DNA from: Octopus sinensis
Taxonomy: Eukaryota
DNA length: 64,000 nucleotides
Direction: 5' to 3'
Assembly (NCBI RefSeq): GCF_006345805.1
Contig: NC_043015.1
Span: forward strand, 2,976,001 to 3,040,000
Numbering within the stretch: the stretch's first letter is position 1; the number at the start of each line of letters is the position of its first letter. Positions 42,590 through 56,237 of the stretch are shown here, piece after piece. The position numbers were made by a program, and so were the translations under genes. The notes below the pieces were generated by a model. That model was given only the letters and a program-made list of their open reading frames with translations. It was not told the origin of the DNA and ran no database searches.

Positions 42590-43010
42590 GTATAAACAAC
42601 TGCCACTAGCTTTAATCGTGCCTTATAATGAACGTCAATATGGGAGAGTACCCAAAAGTGGAAAAGCGCAGGACAATATACTGCCAGAAGGAGGGAAAAG
42701 GATATAAAACCAGGCCTACAAATAAAACATACGAGATGGAGGGAATACTGGGTGCTGGCCACGGATTTGGAAAGACTAGTAATATTTCCACTCATAAAAA
42801 CAATAAAATGACCAGATTTAGTCCAATGGGACAAAGAACGGAGAGTAGGAATTTTGCTAGAACTGACAGTGCCATGGGAAGAGAACATCGGCAATGCAGA
42901 GGAATGAAAGGAGAACAAGAAGATTTGTTTTTTCTAGCTCGGAGCTGAGAAAAGTAATAAGAAGTGTAGAGTAGGAGGTCGAAAAACCCAGCTTCTATAT
43001 ATGGCTAAAG
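42590..43010 (+). mobile_element. Non-LTR retrotransposon relic with restriction-like endonuclease (HERO/NeSL-like)
   Basis: Translates WVLATDLERLVIFP...(R)PDLVQWDKERRVGILLELTVPWEENI, matching the RPD...ELTVPWEE PD-(D/E)xK motif; stops present. Confidence 0.75.
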
Positions 43011-43955
43011 TGGAAGACTAAAAATGGCTTGAAAGTCATAAGATGCCGGCAGGAAAATATCATCATTATGTGAGACAAGCTGACACTGAATTAACTTCGC
43101 TGATTGACAGGCGACGGTCACGTTTAGAGAATGCGTCAGCTAAGACTACGCGCCATCTTGGTCAGTTAAAGTTGAGGCAGTGTCACGTGACAATTTGCTG
43201 GGGCTGCCTGCTTGAGTTTGCAGCAGGTTTTTAAAAGGACATTTGACAAGTCAGTCAGTCGCCCGCTGACACTCGTTGATGCTACATCGAAGAGGTCAGG
43301 GAAAAGACGAAAGAAGAAGAAAGAAGAAATCCACCCGGCACCAGAGCTGAGGACACCACCTAAGGTGGGGGTGGGGAAGCCAGGTTAAAATGGTTGAGGA
43401 GGAGGTACCGAAACTGGACGTGGTTCCTTCTCATTATGTCTTGAGCAAACTGGATCCTATAAAGGAGCTCTTGTGTTAGTAGACCATGAAACACGGTTGA
43501 AATTCCTCCTGCAATCACAGGAAATATAAACAGGTCATCTAAATATTAATTTTAAGCCATTAATCAGGGAAAATAAAGATGCGTACAGATACACACACCT
43601 TTATATCTGTGCAAACATATACATATAACAAAGATATTTATAGGTTTATAATATATCTATCTCACATTGTCTTAAGTAATTGAAAAATATCTATTTAAGA
43701 ACAAAAACAATAATTTACAAAGTATAACAGGTTATGCAAATATATGCATACATACATATATACAAATATGTATACGTTTATATGGATACAGTATAACCAC
43801 CTCGCATAGACTTAAGTAACATCGTGAAGGTGACACGCAGCGGGACTGAACCCGGAACTGTGTCGTTGGGAAGCAATCTTCTTACTACATAGCCATTACG
43901 TATACTTAAAACAGCTTGTGCTCTATTTTGTATGTAGTTAAGCTCACGTTTCGTA

Positions 43956-44120
43956 AGGCGGCGAGCTACCATATTCGTTAGCACTCCGGGTAAAAACTTT
44001 TGTGACATCTCTCTTGTCTTCGTGTTCTGAGCTCAAATTCTACCGTGGACCACTTTGCTTTTAATCATTTCGGCGCCGATAAAGGAAGTATCTGTTGAGC
44101 AATGGGGTCGATGTCTTTGA
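43956..44120 (+). mobile_element. SINE family 3, diverged
   Basis: Head AAGGCGGCGAGCT...CGTTAGCAC and a degenerate core. Confidence 0.6.
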
Positions 44121-45011
44121 CTTAGCCGTTTACACAAACCTGCTGGATTCTTGCCAAAATTTGAAATCGATATTTTCTTTTTAAGTCTCCTCTTATATAT
44201 ATTGTTTATAGAGCGGTTTGAAATTGGGTTGAAGAGGTCAAGAGTCATAAGGTATTTTGAATTATATGGCAAATATAGATAAAAGGGAAAATAGAAAGAA
44301 AAATAGAAGGAAAGGAAAGGAAAAGTAAAACTTCTTGGTTTATTCAATAGTCTTACATTTTCATGACTTCCATAAATTAATGTATCAGTAGGAGTATAGA
44401 AGAGAAGAGAAGAGAGTTTGTTCAATCCATGGCTAGTTTCAGAATTCCACGTTTACGTAGGTTCTAAAATTCGGTGCTAATGGCTAGTTGACTGAAGGTG
44501 TAATCCAAAGGAGCTATTGGGGTTATCCGGTGTAGTGATTGGACATATGTGACACCCATTTGTAGCTTCTAAGTTAGTCCCTGTAATCTCAGTGGAAGCT
44601 GTAGTATAAGGCTAAATATAATATTTAAAGTAATGGCGATACAGTGTCTAAAATGGGCTAAGTAAAAGAACAATAGATAGGGAAAGCACATAGAAAAAAC
44701 ATTAGAAGTGATAAGGAAATTATGGCATGTTAAATGAGTCGGAAGTCTCCCTAAGAATACCGACTGATTTTACATGTTAATATTTCCTTTCTTTGCCTTT
44801 AATTTTTCTTTGTATCTTCCCTTCTATTCATCGTCGCACTATAATCGTTCTGAAGTTGTTTATCAATTGTAATGAGGTAAAGGTAAAATTACCCATTCTG
44901 ATAAATATAAACAGCTACAAACATACTCACATTTTAATTAAATCATGACTTTAAAACACAAACGATCTACTTCTTGTTAATTATTGCTCCATTGGATCGT
45001 CTTTCTCTCCC

Positions 45012-45053
<42 letters not shown>

Positions 45054-45058
45054 TATAA

Positions 45059-45089
<31 letters not shown>

Positions 45090-45195
45090 AAAATATATAT
45101 ATGTATATATATATATATATAAACATGTATGTAATATATACATATGTATATTATATAATATACACTTTATATATATATATATACATATATACATT

Positions 45196-45240
<45 letters not shown>

Positions 45241-48200
45241 ATATATATATATATATTATATGGATATATATACATATATGCATATACATATAAATATTAT
45301 ATAATATAATATATGTATATATACACATATATTTATATACAATGATAGAGAGAGATGAGTGAGAGAGAATATGAAGGAGACGGAGCAGGTAATATGATTG
45401 AGTACTCAGTTATTCTCCGTTACGCAATATTTATGTGTATCGTATTTAGAATATAATTGCCGCAACACATTTGTGAGTGTAGCATACACGTTAATGATCG
45501 GTTTCGACGGAATTAGTAACCTCTGGTACATGTATCGATTAATTTTAGTGCTATTTGTTCACACATTAATGTCAACAGCACAAAACAGTTATGAGGAAAG
45601 AATCCGGTTTGCCAACATTCAAATTGTGTGTATGTATGTTTATATGTTCTACTGTATATTTGTGTATGCTTCTGTTTTCATATGGCTTATACGTTTATAT
45701 ATGCACGCATATGTTTATTTTTTCTCATATATGTATACATGATGCAAAATCGATATTTATCATTGTTTGCTATTTTAATTTTTCATCAAAGGTCAGCTTT
45801 TATGATTGGAGTTTAATATATAACATATTGACTCGATAGGAAATGTAGCCAAATATTAAACACACAACTCGCTATTGTTATCATCAAAGATTATAAAAAT
45901 GCTATAAACACATATATTTACATTGCTTTCAGAAATATTACACATTTTCATTGATTTTCATTCTCCAAGAATGAACATCTTTAACACTAAGTCTATCCAT
46001 TTACTACTTTTTTGTGCTTCATTTATAACAAAATCTAAATTCATCTGATGACAATCTAAAAGCAAAAGTGATCGCTTAGGCCAAAAGAGGTCTAGAAAGA
46101 TTGATGGTCTGGTCAGTGAACAAGTTAGTTATTTATTCTAGAAACTAATGAATGATTGATAATAATCAATACACCTGAGTTCACTTACAAAAAAAAATAG
46201 TTTTTATCTTGATGTAATTATTGATTTAAATTTGAAGCTTTTCTATGATAAATTTTGTCGCAAACATTATGTTTTAAAAGAAGATATTTCCATATTTTCC
46301 GTTTTGTTTATTTGACCTATAAGACGTTTATATATCATTTAGATCTTTATAGCTATGAGATTTGAGTTCGTGAAATCATGATAATCATGCATACTGGATA
46401 CTCAAGCTGGTTTACATAAACGGTTATCAAAATGCGAGTATATGATATACTGTAAGAATTGAATGTACACTACATTACCATCAAAGAAATAACAATGCAT
46501 TTAATTATTGGTAAGAAAACTTGATTCCTTATTATAATATTTTAATGTGTAAAGAAATAACTGCCAATCACCATTCAAATGGAATCCATTTAATACAGTC
46601 TGCATATTATATCAGAAGTAACAACTATTATATATTATTGAGTCATACTATTTAGAGATGTATTTATTAATATTATAAACGGCTGTTGAATTTCTATAAT
46701 AAAATACGTGGTTATAATTACGATATCCAGCGCCAAAACGTAAATACATTTTATGCAATGAACTCTTTCAATTAGATTAATTTCAGTATTATGAATGAAA
46801 GGAGTCGTCTGTTATAGAGTATCTCGAATGCTAACACCGTGGGTGTCGTTTTCTATACGGTGAAATAATAATGTTGCATGTAATATATAATTTAACATTC
46901 ATGAAATATAAAATCGCGATGAGAAATCTATTTATCATTACGTTCAATGGGATATTCTTGCCTTATTGTCATGACTAATAACTTATCCATAACAATAGAC
47001 TCAAGAACCTAACTAGCATTTTATTGTTATTATTGCGGTTAAGATTCAGTCGGGTCACTTATAGAGCAGTGTTAAGAAAATATATGAAATGGAAAGAAAA
47101 TATAGTACTCAAATTCAGTGTTCAAAATATCCCCGTGTACTTATGCTGTATTTTATGTGAGTGTTGAGATAGAGTGTAATTAGCAGGAAGACGAATGATA
47201 CAGCCGGGGTATTGCCGTTCACTGCTTCATAGTATTTGTAAATAAACCAGCATTTTAACTGAAGTTTCGACTTGGTAATAATGCGATCTGATTGTTTTTG
47301 TTTTTCATCTAAGACCAATGACATTAGAAATAATTCTTTCGTGACTCCATTCTCAAAGCAAATTCACAGAGAAAAAGAAGAGAAAGTGAGTAGAAATATT
47401 GTAGAAAGAGACCCGAGAATAGAATGACGATCAAATTATCTATCGCATAAGTCAACAGGCAAGCATGCCTTTGTTATATATAGCTATGCGCTTGGCAGTC
47501 ATAAATTTGGCAGATTATTCTCTCCGATACCCCCTGAAAAGATATTAGCAATGAAAGGACAATTTCATATAGCCGATCAATCAGAAATGTAAATAAATTC
47601 CTGTACCTATCAATTCCACGTACACAACTAAGTTATCTGCTACATATTCCGGCTATAATAAAGACTGCGAAAAGATACAAAGAGATAAGTATCAACTGGA
47701 ATACATTTTCCTCTTCCTGGAAATACTAGCATCAGCAGATGTACATTTATAGTATAAGCCAAAAAAATATAGAGATAGAACGATTGCAGAAATATCTCCG
47801 GCCACAAATCCAAAATCAGTAATGAACTTGTTCAAATTTAAAAGCAAATACATAAAAGAAAAACATCTTTTACCTCCAACCAATCAAGGTAGCCAAAATT
47901 CAATATTTATACAAAATTACAAACATAGATTAGTTCTTTGAAATTTATGTACCGTTGTATGGGAATGAGGGAAAGAATCACACAAAATGTTTAAAGCATT
48001 TTATTTCAAGTGTGGTCGCCATTTAATCTTCGTGTAATATTTAAACAAACATAATGTATACCATTTAAAAAAGACAAAAGTAAGACAAAAAAAAAAGAAA
48101 AGAAGAACGTACTGTCACTCTACGTTCAGACATTTGAAAGGCAGAACTGAAGTTATCAATCAAAGTAATCCTCTGGTAGTCATACTATCTTCTTGTGAGT

Positions 48201-48525
48201 CATGGTCAATATGCAACACCATAATTACTAACGTGTACTAATTGACTTACTCTCATACAACCATTCCACGAATTTGTGCGACGTGTACATTCAAAAGAGA
48301 AGCAGAAATAATAACAAAATAAAGAAAATATACACCTATCTTTTACGAACTTAAGAAGTAATCCAAACTGCAATAAAGTAATGCTTTGGAGCAATGTCCT
48401 CGATTAAATTAAATAATCTCTGAAAAATGTATAATTTTATTATGAAAGAGAAACAAATGTAAATCAGATATTATACATTCGTACATACACACACACTTAT
48501 ATGTATATATGTATATATCTATCTG

Positions 48526-48570
<45 letters not shown>

Positions 48571-48577
48571 AATATCT

Positions 48578-48718
48578 ACGGCGGGCTTTCTTCAGTTTCC
48601 GTCTACCAAATCCACCCGAGGCTACAGTAGAAGAAACTTGACCAGGTGCCACGCAGTGAAACTGAACCCGGAAACATATTGTTGGTAAGCAAACTACTTA
48701 CTACACAGCTCCTCCTGC
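48578..48718 (-). mobile_element. SINE family 1, 5' part
   Basis: Reverse complement of GGTAGACGGAAACTGAAGAAAGCCCG and of the head. Confidence 0.8.
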
Positions 48719-48767
48719 TATATATATATATATATATTTGTGTGTGTTTGTGTGTGTGTGTGTGTGT

Positions 48768-48975
48768 GGAGGGCGCAATGGCGTAGTGGTTATGGCAGCG
48801 GACTCGCGTTGCGAGTGTTTATTGAGCGAAAACACCTAAAGCTCCATGAGACCCTGGCAGGGGGTGGTGGCGATCCCTGCTGTACTCTTTCGCCACAACT
48901 CTCTCTCTCTCATTCTTTCTTCTGTTGGCCTGCTCGCTTAGCCAGCGAGGTGGCGTCATTTGAAGGCTAAAACTG
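48768..48975 (+). mobile_element. SINE family 2 variant with a different 3' half
   Basis: Head and middle match 17466 up to CTCTCTCACTC-like sequence, then continue GGCCTGCTCGCTTAGCCAGCG...GAAGGCTAAAAC instead of the usual tail. Confidence 0.7.
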
Positions 48976-49005
48976 ATAGCCTGGTCGATCACGGTGATAA
49001 TTCAC

Positions 49006-49180
<175 letters not shown>

Positions 49181-49181
49181 C

Positions 49182-49213
<32 letters not shown>

Positions 49214-49254
49214 AATATATCTATATATATATATATATATATTATATAAACAGG

Positions 49255-49495
49255 ACTCTCCCGTCGTTATAATACGTATGAGGATTGGCATCTGTTTGAC
49301 GAACAGCCACATAAATGATTTATTGATATTGACCAAATGTTTGTGTTCACATGAGCTGATTCCATCCATATCAAATTCACAAGTAGAATACCTGTACAGA
49401 TGCACAAGTAAAATAATATTCTTTACTCATGAACACAGCGCCCAGCCTTGCAATCGAACCTAAGATCTTGCAATCGTGAGTGCATCACGTTGTGC
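49255..49495 (-). mobile_element. Old, decayed SINE family 2 copy
   Basis: CTCTCCCGTCGTT...ACGAACAGCC...CACAGCGCCCAGCCTTGCAATCGAACC resembles the plus-strand text of 28243-28622. Confidence 0.5.
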
Positions 49496-50106
49496 GTATG
49501 TAAATAATAGAATGCCCTTAATTATTTTTGTACACGTCATCAAGCGCACCAAAAATAAGTTCGTTTCTAATAGCAATCTCCCTTCTAGACGCAAAATGGC
49601 TTCGTATAATACAGAAGATAATGCACGGCTTGATTGCTGATTATTTACAAATAGACTCACGCTTAATCGCCTTCAGCAGTAAACCGAATATCATCGTTAA
49701 AATATGATATTCAACTTATTAGCAGGGTCAATAAATCACACTCAGTTAAGTTGGTCTTCAGACAGCAAAACTTCGCTCTGCAAAACTTGGTTTACAGTTG
49801 TTCGACATGGGAGATATTAAAATGTATTAAATTCGTATGATGTTCCACACTCGCAAAGACCGAATATTAGTCAAAATCACGCGCATACGCTAATTTGTAT
49901 AGTAACACCTATGCGAACGCATGCGCAGACGCACTGCACACACACTTCAACACACATACACACACACGTACACACACGCATGCACACATATGCAGATTAT
50001 TACGTAGTTGTGACTGTGAAGCACTATAGATTAGTATCAACATTTTTGAATGCAAACTTTTAGTGAGTTAATGTTAGAATTAGTGCATAAATCTCCATAT
50101 GTTATA

Positions 50107-50175
<69 letters not shown>

Positions 50176-50363
50176 ATAATATATAATAATAATAATAAAT
50201 ATTAGGGAATAATCCAATTTACAGGGAAAAAAATCAGATTTAGGATTAATCCAATTTTTAGTAAAATATTATATAATGTTAATTAGAGACAAAACCACTA
50301 TTTTGCAAAACAAACAAGGAAAGACTTAATCAATACATAAAATTAATAAAAGTAAAAAAACCG

Positions 50364-50406
50364 CCACTACAATTGTTTCATGTCCTGATCGACAATCTTC
50401 AGGTGG
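50364..50406 (-). ncRNA. Type I hammerhead ribozyme motif
   Basis: Exact reverse complement of 50450-50492. Confidence 0.7.
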
Positions 50407-50449
50407 ATTTCCAATTTCATAATTTGAAACCGACTTGAAAATTGGAAAT

Positions 50450-50492
50450 CCACCTGAAGATTGTCGATCAGGACATGAAACAATTGTAGTGG
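50450..50492 (+). ncRNA. Type I hammerhead ribozyme motif
   Basis: CCAC-CTGAAGA-T-TGTC(GATCAG)GACA-T-GAAAC-AATT-GTA-GTGG; stem III ACAATTGT is self-complementary. Confidence 0.7.
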
Positions 50493-50737
50493 CGGTTTTT
50501 TTTATTTTTTAAAAATTTATGTATTGATTAAATCTTTCCTGTTTGTTTTGCAAAATAGTGGTTTTGTCTTTAATTAATATGTGTATATATATATATACAT
50601 ATACATACATATATATAAATAAATAAATATATATATATATATATATATATGTAGGTCCCGGGTTGATTCGGGGTTAACCACAGTAAATAAGGTACTCAAT
50701 ACATAGCAGAGTAAAATTAATTTATTATATAAGAAGG

Positions 50738-50788
50738 AGCTTCTACAGGACTAGAACTGTTTCATTCAAGAGAAATCTTCAGGAAGCT
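50738..50788 (-). ncRNA. Type I hammerhead ribozyme motif (3' region of the PLE)
   Basis: Minus strand AGCTTC-CTGAAGA-T-TTC(TCTT)GAA-T-GAAACAG(TTCTAGTC)CTGTA-GAAGCT: 6-bp stem I, 3-bp stem II, 4-bp stem III. Confidence 0.75.
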
Positions 50789-50927
50789 AGTTAACAAGAA
50801 TTGTATTGCATTTATACATTTAGGCAGGTTTAAAGGGGTGTTGGTGGGGGACTTTTTGGGGGTAGGCATAGCGCAAAAAATCATACTTGGGGGAGTGGTC
50901 AAGGAGTCAGTGTTCAATTAGATAGAG

Positions 50928-50964
<37 letters not shown>

Positions 50965-51932
50965 AAATAAAAAATAAAAAATAAAAAATAAAAAATAAAT
51001 AATAAAAATAAAAAAATATAAAAAAATATAAATATAAAAAATAAATATATATATATATATATATATTATATAAAGGGGGGAATAGAGTTTTAGGTAAATA
51101 AGGAGATTCTCACTTATACCTCTACACATACACACATATATACACTCACACATACATATACATATCTACACATACACATATATATGTATAAATACACACA
51201 CTCACTTGCATACACGTATACACACATGTAATATACAAACACGACCACACATACATATACACACAGAAAATTATATATATACACATACACACACATACTC
51301 ACATACACGCATACACACACAAATCCATACACACACATGCACACACAGCACACTAGTCCCTATATACACATATATCACATACAACATATATATACACCCA
51401 CACATACACATACATACACATATATATACATACATACACATACATATACACATATATATACATACACATATATATATATATATATATACACATATATATA
51501 CATATGTGTACCCATGCATACCTACACATACACACATATATATATACATATACAAATACAGACCCATTCCCTAATTTTAATTTTATTATCTTCGTTTATT
51601 ACTTTGTTATCTTTGGCCGCTTGGTCACAAACATCTTGGCTATGACAGCCAGACCATTTATCCGTCTACTGGAAAACAATTACTCATTCACTCACGCACA
51701 CTCTTTAGCACGTACACTCACTCATTCGTACACTCATACGCATACACGCACGCACGCGTTATATTCATACATAATACATCTACATACATTCACGTATATA
51801 CACATACGTACGCGTACCTACAGATTCATGTCTACACTCTTAGAAGGCTAGTCTATACATATACACCCAATAAATATAAATACACACACATACATGTACA
51901 CCTACATACAAATACATACATGTACATATATA

Positions 51933-51973
<41 letters not shown>

Positions 51974-52120
51974 TATATATATATATATACGCGTACCTAC
52001 AGATTCATGTCTACACTCTTAGAAGGCTAGTCTATACATATACACCCAGAAAATATAAATACACACACATGTACACCTACATACAAATACATACATGTAC
52101 GCATATATATACATACATAC

Positions 52121-52158
<38 letters not shown>

Positions 52159-52358
52159 ATAATATATATATATATATATATATATTATAGATATACATAT
52201 ACATATATATTCATACTAACATGCATACTCAAAAAATAAGTAAATAGTAAATATATATACGCGCAGTTATTCATACATGCATACTCAAAAAAATAAATAT
52301 TAAGTATATGTACTTGCAGATACCTATTATATAGCGGATACATACATATAATAAACTT

Positions 52359-52405
<47 letters not shown>

Positions 52406-52407
52406 AA

Positions 52408-52450
<43 letters not shown>

Positions 52451-52667
52451 CACATATACACACACATACATATATATAAATATATACATACACACATACA
52501 CCTACATATACACATACATACATATAATATAATAATATATTACAACACACACACATACACATACATATACATACACATACATACATATATATATACATAC
52601 TTACACATGTACATATAAATACACACATAGATAACTCTACGTACCTACACATACATAAACACACGAG

Positions 52668-53109
52668 GTACCAGATGTGGGCGGCGAGGGTAGTTTGGTT
52701 GGATCTATCCTGTCGCCGGAACGAGTGTGTGTGTGCGTACCAACGGGTCTTAAAGCTGTTTGACGTCATTCCTATGTAGGATTTTCTTTTATCGTCATGG
52801 CCTGATCTTACCTCGATGTATATACTAGGTCCCTCTGTAGGCAGTTGTTGTTGAGGGGGCAGGTAGTTTTATCAGGGCAGTTGCAATTGCTATCGGACGT
52901 GGATGGGCCTCGGAAAAAGTAGGTATGTTAAGTTTTTCACATTGTGTTGGCTAGGTTCTGGCTAGATGGGCGTGGTAGAGTAGAGAGTCTAATAGTGTTT
53001 TATTTAGGATAGTGTAGTACTTATGTTGGGTGGGGAAGTGTTTCTGTAGGAGAGTGAAGAAGATTTTAGCTACAGGTGTAGCGACCTCACGGTTGAAGGG
53101 GGGTTGTAC
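52668..53109 (-). mobile_element. Penelope-like element ORF fragment (left arm)
   Basis: YNPPFNREVATPVAKIFFTLLQKHFP...CNCPDKTTCPLNNNCL...YIGMTSNSFKTRWYAHTHSFRRQDRSNQTTLAAHIWYL, with 1-bp indels. Confidence 0.9.
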
Positions 53110-53830
53110 GTCGCTACACCGTAGCTAAAATCTTCTTCACTCTCCTACAGAAACACTTCCCCACCCAACATAAGTACTACACTATCCTAAATAAGAACAC
53201 TATTAGACTCTCCTACTCTACCACGCCCAATCTAGCCAGGAACCTAGCCAACAACAATGTGAAAAAACTTAACATACCTACTTTTTCGAGGCCCATCCAA
53301 CATCCGATAGCAATTGCAACTGCCCTGATAAAATACTGCCCCTCAACAACAACTGCCTACAGAGGACTAGATATACATGCGAGGTAAGATCAGGCCTGAC
53401 GATAAAAGAAAATCCTAATAGGAATGACGTCAAACAGCTTTAGACCCGTTGGTACGCACACACACACTCGTTCCGGCGACAGGATAAATCCAACCAAACT
53501 ACCCTCGCCGCCCACATCTGGTACCTTAAAGAATTCCATTCCCTTCAAGACCAAGTGGAAACTACTACAGAAGGCGCGCTCGTACACAGGAGGCCATACC
53601 TGCTGTGACCTCTGCATATCGGAGAGCCTAGGATCTTGTTCGCCAAGGCCCTCTCCTTAACAAAAATCTCAGAACACTCCCCAAAGTTTGCATAAGAAGT
53701 ATGCGAACTACAAGAAACTATAGACCTACCCGGCAACCAGATTGATGACACCCCACCCACAAAACCCCCCCCAATCCCAACGTTCCCCTAGCACCCCGAT
53801 TACCTTTTCCTAAGACTTTCACATATTGTA
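53110..53830 (+). mobile_element. Penelope-like element ORF 3' end (linker and GIY-YIG endonuclease) and 3' UTR, probably Neptune-type
   Basis: VAKIFFTLLQKHFPTQHKYYTILNKNTIRLSYSTTPNLAR...; GIY-YIG region; IPFKTKWKLLQKARSYTGGHTCCDLCISE C-terminal motif. The Cys-rich linker before a C-terminal GIY-YIG suggests Neptune (inference). Confidence 0.9.
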
Positions 53831-54239
53831 TGTGCACGCTTGGTAGATGTGTATCGTATATATGTATAAAATGTATGGGTATAGTAGGATTATACGCATG
53901 TATTATGTGTGTGTGTGCGTGATGTATGTAAAAAAATATATATATGTGTCTATATATATATATATATATGTATTATATTATATATATGTGTATGTATATT
54001 ATATATATATGGTATGGCGTGTGTGTGTGTGTGTGTGTATATATGTATAGATGTATGTATGTATATATGTATATTTGTGTGTATGCATATGTATGTGTAT
54101 ATGTATGTGTGTATGTATATATATATGTGTGAAAGTGTGTGTATATATGTAAATGTAAGTGTGTGTGCTTGTATGAGAATGTATGTATGTTTGCACACAT
54201 GTGTATATATATGTGTGTGTATGTGTGTGTGTATGTATA

Positions 54240-54290
<51 letters not shown>

Positions 54291-54554
54291 TATATGTGTA
54301 TATATATGTGTATGTATATATATGTGTATGTGAGTGTGTGTGTTTACATGTGTGTATGTGTATGTATGTATGTATATATATGCGTGTGCATGGGTATATG
54401 TATATGTACATATGCGCGTACGCTCGTGTGTTTATGTATGTGTAGGTACGGTAGAGTTAGAGTTATATGTGTGTATTTATATGTACCTGTGTAAGTATGT
54501 ATATATATATGTATGTATGTGTATGTATATGTATGTGTATGTGTGTGTGTGTAT

Positions 54555-54589
<35 letters not shown>

Positions 54590-54665
54590 GTGTATGTGTA
54601 TATGTAGGTGTATGTGTGTATGTATCTATATTATATATATATGTATGTGTGTGTATATGTGTATG

Positions 54666-54724
<59 letters not shown>

Positions 54725-54929
54725 ATGTGTGTAAGTTTATTATATGTATGTATCCGTCTATATAATAGGTATCTGCAAGTACATATACTTAATATTTATT
54801 TTTTGAGTATGCATGTATGAATAAACTGCGCGTATATATATTACTATTTACTTATTTTTGAGTATGCATGTTAGTATGAATATATATATGTATATGTATA
54901 TATATGTATATATATATATATATATATAT

Positions 54930-54968
<39 letters not shown>

Positions 54969-55088
54969 ATATATATGCGTACATGTATGTATTTGTATGT
55001 AGGTGTACATGTGTGTGTATTTATATTTATGGGTGTATATGTATAGGACTAGCCTTCTAAGAGTGTAGACATGAATCTGTAGGTACGC

Positions 55089-55143
<55 letters not shown>

Positions 55144-55561
55144 TGTATGTATTTGTATGTAGGTGTACATGTATGTGTGTGTATTTATATTTATTGGTGT
55201 ATATGTATAGACTAGCCTTCTAAGAGTGTAGACATGAATCTGTAGGTACGCGTACGTATGTGTATATACGTGAATGTATGTAGATGTATGTATGTATGAA
55301 TATAACGCGTGCGTGCGTGTATGCGTATGAGTGTACGAATGAGTGAGTGTACGTGCTAAAGAGTGTGCGTGAGTGAATGAGTAATTGTTTTCCAGTAGAC
55401 GGATAAATGGTCTGGCTGTCATAGCAAGATGTTTGTGACCAGCGGCCAAAGATAACAAAAGTAATAAACGAAGATAATAAATAAAATTAGGGAATGGGTC
55501 TGTATTTGTATATGTATATATATATGTGGTATGTGTAGGTATGCATGGGTACACATATGTA

Positions 55562-55593
<32 letters not shown>

Positions 55594-56049
55594 GTGTATG
55601 TTATATAATTTGGTATGTATGTGTATGTATGTATATATATGTGTATGTATGTGTATGTGTGGGTGTGTATATATATGTGTGTATGTGTATATATGTGTAT
55701 ATAGGGACTAGTGTGCTGTGTTGCATGTGTGTGTATGGATTTGTGTGTGTATGCGTGTATGTGAGTAGTATGTTGTGTATGTGTATCATATTTTTCTGTG
55801 TGTATATGTATGTGTGGTCGTGTGTGTATATATACATGTGTGTATAGTGTATGCAAGTGAGTTGTGTGTATGTATACATATATATGTGTATGTGTAGATA
55901 TGTAATGTATGTGTGAGGTATATATGTTGTATGTGTAGAGGTATAAGTGAGAATTCCTTATTTACTAAAATCTTTCCCCCCTTTATAATTATTATATATT
56001 ATATATTTATTTTTTTATATTTATATTTTTTATATTTTATTTTTATTAT

Positions 56050-56085
<36 letters not shown>

Positions 56086-56237
56086 ATTTATTCTCCTATC
56101 TAATTTAACACTGACTCCTTGACCACTCCCCCAAGTTGATGATGATTTTTTGCGCTATGCTACCCCCAAAAGTCCCCCACCAACACCCTTTTTTAAACTG
56201 CCTAAATGTATAAATGCCAATACAATTCTTGTTAACT

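Larger units (their letters stand above)
50276..50580. mobile_element. Nested PLE-type fold-back with a hammerhead motif in each arm
   Basis: ~140-bp arms; present only in the left arm of the large duplication. Confidence 0.8.
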
